NCBI GenBank assembly: GCA_964535075.1
Contig: CAZHRQ010000004.1
Location: forward strand, 1-44,380
Direction: 5' to 3'
Length of the DNA: 44,380 bases
Origin: an uncultured Rhodobacterales bacterium
GTDB taxonomy: Bacteria > Pseudomonadota > Alphaproteobacteria > Rhodospirillales > CAJXLG01
The position numbers and the translations under genes were made by a program. Of this stretch, positions 37,301 to 44,380 are shown piece by piece (the stretch's first letter is position 1; every line of letters begins with the position of its first letter). The notes under the pieces are model-generated. The model had not been told where the DNA came from and searched no databases. It worked only from the letters and a program-made list of their open reading frames with translations.

Positions 37301-38276
37301 CAAGGGCAGCGCCGGTCCCACCCTCTCTGCCGGGGGGCCCGATCAGTTCGCCAACCTGCCCGCCGGCGCCACCGTGTCCGTGTCCGACACCCTGGACAAC
37401 GATGGCACCTACACCATCGCCGAAACCGATGGCACCACCTTGAAACTGCAAAGCGTGGGCCTGGTGGAGGAAGAAAGCGCCAGCGCCGTCATCCGCCTGC
37501 CCGATGGCGCCGAACTGGAGATGACCGAAGAGCATCGCCTGCTGTTCGATGCCGAGAACAACACCATCTCAGCCGAGAAACTGGCCCTGGGCAACACCCC
37601 GCGGCCGGTGTACCAGGACTATCCCGATGCCTTCGCGGATCTGGAGGCGGGGGACAGCTTCACCATCAGCGGGTCCGCCTATAACGATGGCACCTACACC
37701 ATCACCAGCAACAACGGGGTCACCCTGGGCATCCAAGCCAACGGCGTCACCGACGAGGACACCGATACCCTCACCGTGGATCCCACCACCGACTACTACC
37801 AGGGCGACACGGTGGTGCGGCAGATGCGCGTGGACTCCGACCGTACCCTCAGCATGACCATCAACGCCGTGGATCCGGCCTTCGAGAAGGCCTTCCGCGC
37901 CATGGCCCTGATCGCCCAGGGCCAGTATGGCACCGCCGGCGGACTGGAAAACAATCTGGAACGGGTGGGGCAGGCCCGCTACGTGGTTTCCGATGCCCTG
38001 AACAAGCCCCGGGGGGATACGCCGCCCTTTGGCACGGAAACCGAGGGGAATTTCGAGGATGTTTCCATGACGCTCGGCTACTACCAGACGGTGTTGGCCA
38101 ACGTGGAGCAGACCTTCACCACCAAGCTGTCCTTCGTGGATACGCGCATCAGTGACCTGGAGAATGTGAACATGGCGGAGGCCATTACCCGGCTGCAGGA
38201 TTCCTCGCGGGCGCTGGAGGCCAGCTACGCTGCCATTGCCAAGGTTCAGAAACTGTCGTTGCTTTCCTATCTGTAA
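34302..38276 (+). CDS. flgL: Giant flagellar hook-associated protein 3 (FlgL-like, 1324 aa) with internal repeats
   Basis: N-term MTRIA..QVASEKQAEVYSGL, LNTEIGGEYLFGG; C-term YYQGD, DPAFEKAFRA, ISDLENVNMAEAITRL...LEASY....KVQKLSLLSYL; follows flgK. Confidence 0.85.
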   Translation: MTRIADMAQHQAMLTYMLKNQSDTYRYERQVASEKQAEVYSGLKRAETLVNYENVRSDIEAYQNNIDTLGTQQGIMNDVLGQIETAVNNFQRDLAAFGSKANKTEGEVTALQQMAFNSMLDMQGYLNTEIGGEYLFGGSSDDSPPVNIGFDSLADFQAAFDGQIRTAPTTREANLFDARFDSSKATVAQPSENMVKATGDNTVTFESVATVGGNRAAITATDNDTFPDWLAGMEITISGSTDSGNNKSVRVASVESSGTVLRLAEYDSSGNPIDLNDVTGDANISFTPSFYAQDTALANDYTGANNVTWGTTGAPDSEDYIQFSNAGDETAFNPGDVIQVADDTDSGNNGEYTVSSVDTVNNRIYLAGQPGVNAGNNDIHITRAADRLYAGNDNTFDNVREGGLVELDAGNAGTYRVAAKDPNGAWIQLTNPDGSAASLATADLKNVSVTPAYEFNDNLSPPEAMADQTFSFAATLDDTGGVGADTITAAVGTFNNLSAGSELTLNSANYTDTTVIVDSVSSDGSQITLTTALGGGFGVTAETGVSLTPHFQVTNNNSQPDTITSALTGGFRDNQVGSIITLATGDKNVDGTYRITAKDSTNTTLTVEGVGTKPPGTYTLSQVTFDAAANQLTGDDMAFSNLKAGDRLVLTNAPYPYEGQMVTVASVDDVVGTADGITLEENLSTSVGPTDISLTTDASQYANQPITADPTLVSAGQGVVVVDSLNPAMVGEADSGHDTFTAAPGTFSGLAVGAKITLNAHGGFTTNGGVVNDESLNGKEVTVAGVSEDGATLEVVEDIDLGLGTVGTLNQVTFDSTSNPPRLSGPNNTFAGFNVGDVFMIPGAPDGQPTGPYEVAGVDGVNAAYIELSPGGLSHDTGPVDITVADAAVATGGPMTFTPQFKFEDMGPGKDDVITAGVTGGFQGFSVDDVITVNTGNNATDGTFRITGVDASNTSLTVEPAGSRPGNVAINDWRPGTIVVEAANDIVGGTTWMNGEIDTLKGSAGPTLSAGGPDQFANLPAGATVSVSDTLDNDGTYTIAETDGTTLKLQSVGLVEEESASAVIRLPDGAELEMTEEHRLLFDAENNTISAEKLALGNTPRPVYQDYPDAFADLEAGDSFTISGSAYNDGTYTITSNNGVTLGIQANGVTDEDTDTLTVDPTTDYYQGDTVVRQMRVDSDRTLSMTINAVDPAFEKAFRAMALIAQGQYGTAGGLENNLERVGQARYVVSDALNKPRGDTPPFGTETEGNFEDVSMTLGYYQTVLANVEQTFTTKLSFVDTRISDLENVNMAEAITRLQDSSRALEASYAAIAKVQKLSLLSYL

Positions 38277-38576
38277 AGGAAACCGGGGGTGCCGCCCTGG
38301 CGGTGCCCCTCCCAAGACCCCGGCCCGGTGCCGGGACGCGGGCGGAACCCGGCTCATGACTCCCGCCTGGGGATATGCTAGGCTTATCGGCAGTACGGGT
38401 GTCGTGTTTCCCTAAAGGGCTCATTGAGCCGTCGTGGCGTCACGCCGGACTCATGGAATGAGGGTCATGCAAAGGGTTCTACAGGGGTGACCGATGCCGA
38501 CTCAGGGTCGCCGCTGGATAGTGCGCCACCGCCGCCCGTCCGCTAACGCCGCCATCAGTTGTCAAGGGAGCATGTC

Positions 38577-39092
38577 ATGCAGGCGCCGTACAACCCCTAC
38601 CGTAAAACGGGCCAGCGAGCCGACACCATCAACAAGCCGCAGCCCGGGGTGCCCACCTACACGGAAGCCTGGGCCCTGATCGAGGCTGCTCGACGTATGG
38701 CGGAGGCGGCCGATCGCTTCAATCCCGACGACATCGCCTCCCGTCGGGATTTGCGGGAACCCCTACGCCTGAACTGGCGGCTGTGGACCATCTTCCAGGC
38801 CCAGCTCACCCTGGGCGAAAGCCTCAATGTTCCCGACGAGGTGCGGATGAACATGCTCACCCTGTGCAAGTTCGTGGACAAGCACACGGTGGACACCATG
38901 ACCAAGCCCACGGTGGAAAAGGTGGGAGCCCTGGTGGACTTGAACCGCAACATCGCCAGCGGCCTGTTGGCCAGCCTGGAAACGGCGGTCAAGGAAGCGG
39001 AAGCCGCCGATGGCGCCCCCAAGCAGGACGCCGCCGCCCAGGCCGTGAAGGACCAGGCCGCAGTCATCAGCCGCCTCAACGCGGAAGTGTAA
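38577..39092 (+). CDS. flaF: Flagellar biosynthesis regulator FlaF
   Basis: EAWALIEAARRM, LNWRLWTIFQ, LTLCKFVDKHT, LVDLNRNIASGL. Confidence 0.85.
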   Translation: MQAPYNPYRKTGQRADTINKPQPGVPTYTEAWALIEAARRMAEAADRFNPDDIASRRDLREPLRLNWRLWTIFQAQLTLGESLNVPDEVRMNMLTLCKFVDKHTVDTMTKPTVEKVGALVDLNRNIASGLLASLETAVKEAEAADGAPKQDAAAQAVKDQAAVISRLNAEV

Positions 39093-39320
39093 AGCCCCCT
39101 CGACGGGTATCCGCTCCCCGGTTCGGGCCAGGGGCTCCCTCGGTCGAGGCCGTAGGGCGGAAGAGGGGGGACGAAGAGAGCCGGGGCCGCGTATGGACGT
39201 AGAAGGCTAGGCCAGGGCGTGCTATCCTAGGGTAGGTGAGAGCAACCAGTGTCAGCGCCTTGCCGGCGGCCTTGCGGGGTGGGTCGGCGGGCGCGACTCG
39301 GACGGAGAAGGAGACGGGCC

Positions 39321-40208
39321 GTGGCGATCAATCCCCTGACCGCGGGCGGCAGCGGCATCACCAAAACCCTCATGGATGCCCAGGACAGGGCCCGGGAAAA
39401 AGCGTTCGATATCCAGTTTAACAACCTCCAGAACCAGGCGATCAAGAAGATCAACGAGGAGGTTGAGCGGATTTCCGATCCGGAAGGAACGCAGAAAAAA
39501 CTGGATGGTCTGAAGGCCAGCATGGCCGACCTGGAAGAGCGCAAGGCTAAGATCCAGGAATACATGCAGGCCAACAGCATCAATCGCGAAAACCTCATCA
39601 CCATGACGGAAACCACCAGCAAAGCCATGACGGAAATGAAGCTGGGGGACCTGGATTTCGATGCCCTCAGCAAGGACGAGGCCGAAGAGATCAACCGTCT
39701 GGTGGCCAAGCTGAAGGATCAGGGCGGTACCATCCTGCAACTCCGCATGCCGAACATGTGGGATGGCGACGCCGTGATGCGCACCAAGGCCGCGCTGGAA
39801 ACGGTGCAGGAATACACGGCGGTGGCCGGGCCGCTGGATGATGAAGGCACGCCGGACGATGAAATGTCCAACGACAACCGTCGCCTTCTGGACAGCCTCG
39901 ACACGCTGATGACCGCCGCCGGCACCGCCGCCGACGTGGCCACCAACGTGACGTACGCCGGCACTCAGATGCTCATGGACATCAACGAAAGACTCGCCGA
40001 TGTCCAGCAGGAAGCCAAGGAAATGACCGTGGTGGAAGCCGGCGAGAAGGAAGAGGAAATTCAGCGGGTGAAGGTGAAATGGGCCACGTGGTTGCGGGCC
40101 ATCGAATTGTCCTTCGATGCCAGCAACGCCCATTTCAAGCAGGTGCAGCAACAGCTCACCAATGGCCCGCAGACCGATCCCGGCAGCATTGTCAGCATTC
40201 TAGGATGA
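39321..40208 (+). CDS. Hypothetical alpha-helical/coiled-coil protein, possibly flagellar
   Basis: AAGGAG RBS + GTG at 39321; typical codon bias; no signal peptide; ends PGSIVSILG. Confidence 0.75.
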   Translation: MAINPLTAGGSGITKTLMDAQDRAREKAFDIQFNNLQNQAIKKINEEVERISDPEGTQKKLDGLKASMADLEERKAKIQEYMQANSINRENLITMTETTSKAMTEMKLGDLDFDALSKDEAEEINRLVAKLKDQGGTILQLRMPNMWDGDAVMRTKAALETVQEYTAVAGPLDDEGTPDDEMSNDNRRLLDSLDTLMTAAGTAADVATNVTYAGTQMLMDINERLADVQQEAKEMTVVEAGEKEEEIQRVKVKWATWLRAIELSFDASNAHFKQVQQQLTNGPQTDPGSIVSILG

Positions 40209-40215
40209 TGGGGGC

Positions 40216-40248
40216 GCCCGGCCGGGAGCGAAACCCGGTCGGGCTTTT
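40216..40248 (+). terminator. Intrinsic terminator
   Basis: GCCCGGCCGGG-agcgaaa-CCCGGTCGGGC-tttt. Confidence 0.7.
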
Positions 40249-40256
40249 CCCAACGC

Positions 40257-40319
40257 TTCAGCCGATTCACGCGGTCGATGGGACCCGAAAAGGGGTCGCA
40301 TTGACTGCGATCCTCTTTC
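40257..40319. repeat. Palindromic REP/MITE-like element, copy 3 (degenerate termini)
   Basis: GATTCACGCGGTCGATGGGACCC-gaaaa-GGGGTCGCATTGACTGCGAT aligns with the reverse complement of copy 2. Confidence 0.8.
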
Positions 40320-40405
40320 GGGGGCGGCACCACGGTCCGACCCGCGCCCCCATGATATGCCAACAGGGTCGAAATACCATGGAAAGGGAGGGGGACGGGT
40401 GATGG

Positions 40406-40837
40406 TTACGGCGACGGCGGGGATGAAGACACTCGGCACTGGCGCTTGAGGGCCTGCACCACCGGGTGTGCGGCGCGGTAATGTCGTTCTAGTTGGGGCC
40501 AGGTGCGGCCGGTGCGTTCCCGGACCAGCGCCAGCACCCCGTGTTCAAGGCCCGGTTCCTTCATGAAGAGCGGCACGCCCAGGAGGGTGCGCCGGTTGGC
40601 GCGGCGGAATTGGCGAATCTGGGCCGCGATGCCGTAATGCGCCGCTGCTTCCGGCCCCAATCGCTCTTGCAGCCCCTGCCGCAGGCAGGCGCACCGTTCG
40701 GGCGGATGGGTGTCGAGACATCGGCTGACGGGCCAGTCCGGATCCAGGAATCCGAATCCGGCCCACGCTCCGCTCCCGGGCCACAGGCCCGCCAGCAGGG
40801 CGACCAGCGCCAGGGCCGTGCGCTGCTTTCCGGTCAT
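40406..40837 (-). CDS. Hypothetical exported protein with four Cys
   Basis: TGATG coupling to suhB; signal peptide (..GAWA); C-x8-CAC...C. Confidence 0.6.
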   Translation of the reverse strand: MTGKQRTALALVALLAGLWPGSGAWAGFGFLDPDWPVSRCLDTHPPERCACLRQGLQERLGPEAAAHYGIAAQIRQFRRANRRTLLGVPLFMKEPGLEHGVLALVRERTGRTWPQLERHYRAAHPVVQALKRQCRVSSSPPSP

Positions 40838-41634
40838 CAGTCCGCGCGGGCGTCCTTCAGCAGTTTGAGGAGCGGCCGGTGCAACTGGTCGTTGGCGGCC
40901 AGGATACTGCCCGAGGCCAGCATGTTCTCGCCGCCGTTGATCTCGCTCACATAACCGCCCGCTTCTCGTACCAACAGAATGCCGGCGGCGATGTCCCACT
41001 GAGACAGGGCCCGTTCCCAGAAACCGTCGTACCGCCCCGCCGCCACATAGGCCAGGTCCAGCGCCGCCGAGCCGGCCCGGCGCACCCCGGAGGTCTGGGC
41101 CATCACCGCCGGCAGTTCCCGCAAAAAGGCGGCATGGTCGCCCCGACCCCGGTGGGGGATGCCGGTGGCGATGATGCTGTCGTTAAGGGCGCGCCGGGCC
41201 GACACCCGCAACCGCCGCCCGTTCATGAAGGCCCCGGCGCCGCGCTCGGCCCAGAACATTTCGTCCCGCACCGGCTCGTGAATCAGGCCGGCCACCACCT
41301 GATTGTTACGCAGCAGGGCGATGGAAATGGCGAAGTGAGGAATGCCGTGCAGGAAATTGGTGGTGCCGTCCAGGGGGTCCACCACCCACACATGCTCGCC
41401 GTCTCCTTCGGTGGCGCCGCCTTCCTCCAGCAGCATGCCGAAGCGGGGGCGGGCCTTTTGCAGCTCCGCCTTCACCGCCGCCTCGGCCTTGGTGTCGGCG
41501 GTGGAGACAAAATCGGACGGCCCCTTGGTGGAGACCTGGAGCTGTTCCACCTCGCCGAAATCGCGCAGCAGACCGCGGGCGGCCTTGGTGGCGGCGGTGG
41601 CCATCACGTTGATCAGGGGCGAGCGCAGGGCCAT
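40837..41634 (-). CDS. suhB: Inositol monophosphatase family protein
   Basis: DFVSTAD, WVVDPLDGTTNF, RRAGSAALDL, WDIAAG. Confidence 0.93.
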   Translation of the reverse strand: MALRSPLINVMATAATKAARGLLRDFGEVEQLQVSTKGPSDFVSTADTKAEAAVKAELQKARPRFGMLLEEGGATEGDGEHVWVVDPLDGTTNFLHGIPHFAISIALLRNNQVVAGLIHEPVRDEMFWAERGAGAFMNGRRLRVSARRALNDSIIATGIPHRGRGDHAAFLRELPAVMAQTSGVRRAGSAALDLAYVAAGRYDGFWERALSQWDIAAGILLVREAGGYVSEINGGENMLASGSILAANDQLHRPLLKLLKDARAD

Positions 41635-41686
41635 GGCGAAACCGCTCCGGGCTGGAAATGGGACAAGGAAGGGGGGGCCGGGACGC

Positions 41687-42259
41687 TTAGTCCTTGGCCC
41701 GTTCCATATAGGTGCCGTCGGCGGTGCTCACCACCACCCGCGTGCCGGCTTCGATATGGGGCGGCACCATGATGCGCACGCCATTTTCCAGCACCGCCGG
41801 TTTGTAGGAAGAGGAGGCGGTCTGGCCCTTCACCACCGGCTCGGCCTCGGTGATCGCCAGCACCACCGTTTCCGGCAGGCGCACATTCAGGGCCTCTTCT
41901 TCATAGAATTCCACTTCCACCTGCATGCCTTCCTGCAGGAAGGGCACCTGGTCCTCGCCCACCTTGTCCGCCGTCAGGGCGATCTGGTCGAAGCTTTCGG
42001 CGTCCATGAAGGTGATCATGTCGCCGTCCATGAACAGGAACTGATGCGGCCGTTGTTCCAGGCGCACCCGTTCCACGGTATCGGCGGCGCGGAATCGTTC
42101 GTTGAGCTTGGTGCCGTTGCGGATGTCCTTCAGCTCGCATTGCTGGAAGGCGCCACCCTTGCCCGGCTTCACGTGCTGGGTCTTCACCACCCGCCACAGG
42201 CTGTTCTGGTGTTCGATGATGTTGCCGGGGCGCAGCTCGTTGCCGTTGACTTTTGCCAT
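41687..42259 (-). CDS. efp: Elongation factor P
   Basis: [32 protein letters not shown]. Confidence 0.96.
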   Translation of the reverse strand: MAKVNGNELRPGNIIEHQNSLWRVVKTQHVKPGKGGAFQQCELKDIRNGTKLNERFRAADTVERVRLEQRPHQFLFMDGDMITFMDAESFDQIALTADKVGEDQVPFLQEGMQVEVEFYEEEALNVRLPETVVLAITEAEPVVKGQTASSSYKPAVLENGVRIMVPPHIEAGTRVVVSTADGTYMERAKD

Positions 42260-42427
42260 GAAAGGGTCCTGCGTTTGTCCTGGTGCCGGCCGCGCCGGGG
42301 CCGCCCGCCCGCGGGGAACGGGGGGAAAGGGGCCCGCCGGTCGCGGGACCGGACGGCGGCGGCGGGTTGTCGGGTTCCATACCGCAGGTGTTACCACCCG
42401 CCGGCGCCGGGCGCAACCGCCGGCGGA

Positions 42428-43039
42428 TCAGAACAGGGTGTTGAAGGCCCGCACCGCCGCCGCCGGCCCCTCCGGATGGGCCCACACGCCGTGGCTCACC
42501 GCCAGGAAATCGGCACCGGCGGCCACCAGGGGCGGGGCGTTGTCCACGGTGATGCCGCCAATGGCCACGCAGGGCGTTTCCATGAGGTCGTGCCACCACG
42601 TGAGCAGGTCCGGCGTCGCGCGGGTGGGGGCATCCTTGGTGGCGGTGGGGTGGAAGGCGCCAAAGGCCACGTAGTCGGCCCCGGCCTCCGCCGCCACCAT
42701 GGCCAGATGACGGGAGTCGTGACAGGTAACCCCGACGATGGCGTCCGCGCCCAGCAGACGGCGGGCCTCGGCGTAGGGGGTGTCGTTCTGGCCGATGTGC
42801 ACGCCGTCACAGCCGGCGGCGGCGGCCAGATCCGGGCGGTCGTTAAGCACCAGCGCCACGTCCCGGGCCTGGGTCACCGGGCGCAGGCGGTCGATGGCGC
42901 GCCGCACCGTGTCGTCGTCCGTGTCTTTCAAGCGCAGTTGCAGACAGGCCACATCCCCGGCGTCCAGCGCCGCCCCCAGGGTGTCGGCAAAGTTATCCGG
43001 CAGGGGCGTGGGGGTGACGAGATACAGGCGGCAGCTCAT
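42428..43039 (-). CDS. thiE: Thiamine-phosphate synthase
   Basis: LYLVTP, QLRLK, LNDRPD, DGVHIGQ, ADYVAFG..PTATK, VAIGGI. Confidence 0.9.
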   Translation of the reverse strand: MSCRLYLVTPTPLPDNFADTLGAALDAGDVACLQLRLKDTDDDTVRRAIDRLRPVTQARDVALVLNDRPDLAAAAGCDGVHIGQNDTPYAEARRLLGADAIVGVTCHDSRHLAMVAAEAGADYVAFGAFHPTATKDAPTRATPDLLTWWHDLMETPCVAIGGITVDNAPPLVAAGADFLAVSHGVWAHPEGPAAAVRAFNTLF

Positions 43040-43424
43040 GAGGGCGGCTCTCCGAGAGGGGGGGCAGCAGGGTCGGCGGCGTCGGCCTCAGGGGGACCTC
43101 CCGGGCGGCGGCCAGCGCCCGCAGGCGGGAAAAGGCAGGACAGGCCCGGGACAGCACCACCGTCAGCCCCGGCGGCGCCGCGGTGATCAGCCCCAGGGCA
43201 CGGCCGGCATGGGCCCCGGCATCGGCCACCAGTTGGCCCGATGGCACCCGCAGACGCCATTGGGCCAGCAGCGCTACCACCCAATCGGGGCCCGCCGTGG
43301 CCACCACCGCCGGCGAGACATAAAGCGGCGCCGTGGTCCCCGCCGGCAGGACCGCCAGGGCGTCGGGGCCGTGGACCGCATGGGCGGGATCATATCGCGG
43401 TGGTTGACCTTGATCCACAGACAC
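42993..43424 (-). CDS. Hypothetical protein (small family seen upstream of thiE in Rhodospirillales)
   Basis: AVHG..., [25 protein letters not shown]; overlaps the thiE start. Confidence 0.5.
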   Translation of the reverse strand: MSVDQGQPPRYDPAHAVHGPDALAVLPAGTTAPLYVSPAVVATAGPDWVVALLAQWRLRVPSGQLVADAGAHAGRALGLITAAPPGLTVVLSRACPAFSRLRALAAAREVPLRPTPPTLLPPLSESRPHELPPVSRHPHAPAG

Positions 43425-43587
43425 GCCTATGTTTCCAAGCGATTCGGTGTCGCCGTCGGCGCTGGCCGCGTGTCACCTGAGTCACAACCAGGGCGCAATC
43501 CGGGGTCGGGGCGCAAGCACAGCGGACACCCCCACCCGGCCGCGCGCCTCGGCGACAGGCCGCCGTCAGCAACGGGGTGAAGCCATC

Positions 43588-43881
43588 GTGACGCTGAATT
43601 TTCAGGAAGGGGACGGTTCGGCCCCCGGGGAGGCCCGGGACCGCATTGCGCCGGCTCTGCACCGGCTACTGGCCGCCATCGAGCGCCTGGAAACCTGCGT
43701 GCAGCAGCGCCGGGACCAGGACACCCTGACAGCCGATACGGTTCAGGCCCTGGAAAACGAACTCAACCAGGCCCGCAGCGACTATGACACCCTGAAAACG
43801 GCGTCGCAGCAGGTGCGGGAGCGCCTGGACCAGACCATCGACCGGGTGCGGACCACCCTGGAGGCCGACGACCCGGCGTGA
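43588..43881 (+). CDS. DUF4164/ZauP-like coiled-coil protein
   Basis: RLLAAIERLE, RLDQTIDRVRTTL; directly upstream of zapA. Confidence 0.7.
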   Translation: MTLNFQEGDGSAPGEARDRIAPALHRLLAAIERLETCVQQRRDQDTLTADTVQALENELNQARSDYDTLKTASQQVRERLDQTIDRVRTTLEADDPA

Positions 43882-43948
43882 TTCCCCGGGGGCCATGAGC
43901 CCGGGGTCCATGAGGATGGCAGCAACCCAAGCGGGAGGCAGGTAAGGC

Positions 43949-44332
43949 ATGGCCCAGGTCACGGTGCGCGTCAACGGACGGGCCTATCAAGTCGCCTGCG
44001 AGGACGGGCAGGAAGCACAGGTGGTGCAGCTGGGCAACTACGTGAACCAGCGGGCCACGGAACTGTTGTCTTCCGTGGGCGGACAGGCGGGCGATGCCCG
44101 CCTGATGCTCATGGTCAGCCTGCTGCTGGCCGATGAACTGTCCGAGCTTTATGGCGAGGTGGAGCGCCTGCGGGATCAGGGCGATTCGGAAGAGGATGCC
44201 GCCGCTCGCCTGCACGCGGCGCTGGCACAGGCCCGGGAGGAACACGCTCAGGCCGAGGAAGCGGTGGCCGATAGCCTGGAAGGACTGGCCGAGCGCGTGG
44301 AAACCATTGTCGCGGCGCTTGAGCAGTCCTAG
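43949..44332 (+). CDS. zapA: Cell division protein ZapA
   Basis: MAQVTVRVNGRAYQVACEDGQE, RLMLMVSLLLADE. Confidence 0.92.
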   Translation: MAQVTVRVNGRAYQVACEDGQEAQVVQLGNYVNQRATELLSSVGGQAGDARLMLMVSLLLADELSELYGEVERLRDQGDSEEDAAARLHAALAQAREEHAQAEEAVADSLEGLAERVETIVAALEQS

Positions 44333-44380
44333 CCCGGATTATTCATGACGCCCCAGATTCGGTCTGGCGCGGAATGTGCC

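Noticed and set aside
31943-37535. Long minus-strand ORFs (789 and 935 aa)
   Set aside because: Antisense shadows of flgK and flgL caused by codon bias
38468-38500. Sigma28-like promoter upstream of flaF
   Set aside because: Poor match and wrong spacing
494-40319. Palindromic repeats as CRISPR or integron attC array
   Set aside because: Dispersed single copies, no spacers or cassette arrangement, no cas or integrase gene
44333-44380. 6S RNA, often found after zapA
   Set aside because: Only 48 nt available and no recognisable 6S sequence

Overview
GC-rich chromosomal window from an alphaproteobacterium, most consistent with Rhodospirillales (inferred from gene content and order). Core genes: dnaE 3' end, hemW, rnd, glnE, a YhdP/DUF3971 gene, LOG, ugpBAEC with a PHO box, dksA, suhB, efp, thiE, DUF4164 and zapA. 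There are several redox genes (two tandem class II c-type cytochromes, a cytochrome P460-family gene, DUF3179) and a late flagellar cluster (fliX <> flgI-flgJ-flgN-flgK-flgL-flaF plus an unknown helical protein). No tRNA, rRNA, CRISPR array, prophage or intact transposase was seen. Most notable: (1) an unannotated two-gene operon (low-complexity hypothetical + signal-less L,D-transpeptidase) carries the same sigma54 + FlbD/ftr-like promoter architecture as flgI, so it is a candidate new flagellar-regulon cell-wall remodelling module; (2) FlgL is 1324 aa, with about 11 tandem beta-rich repeats; (3) the helical protein after flaF has a flagellin-like C-terminus; (4) a 64-nt palindromic repeat family keeps its structure while the inner stem sequence changes; (5) a circularly permuted GH114-like hydrolase; (6) two tandem cytochromes c'/c556 share an extra Cys pair. 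All calls come from reading motifs by eye; no database search was run.
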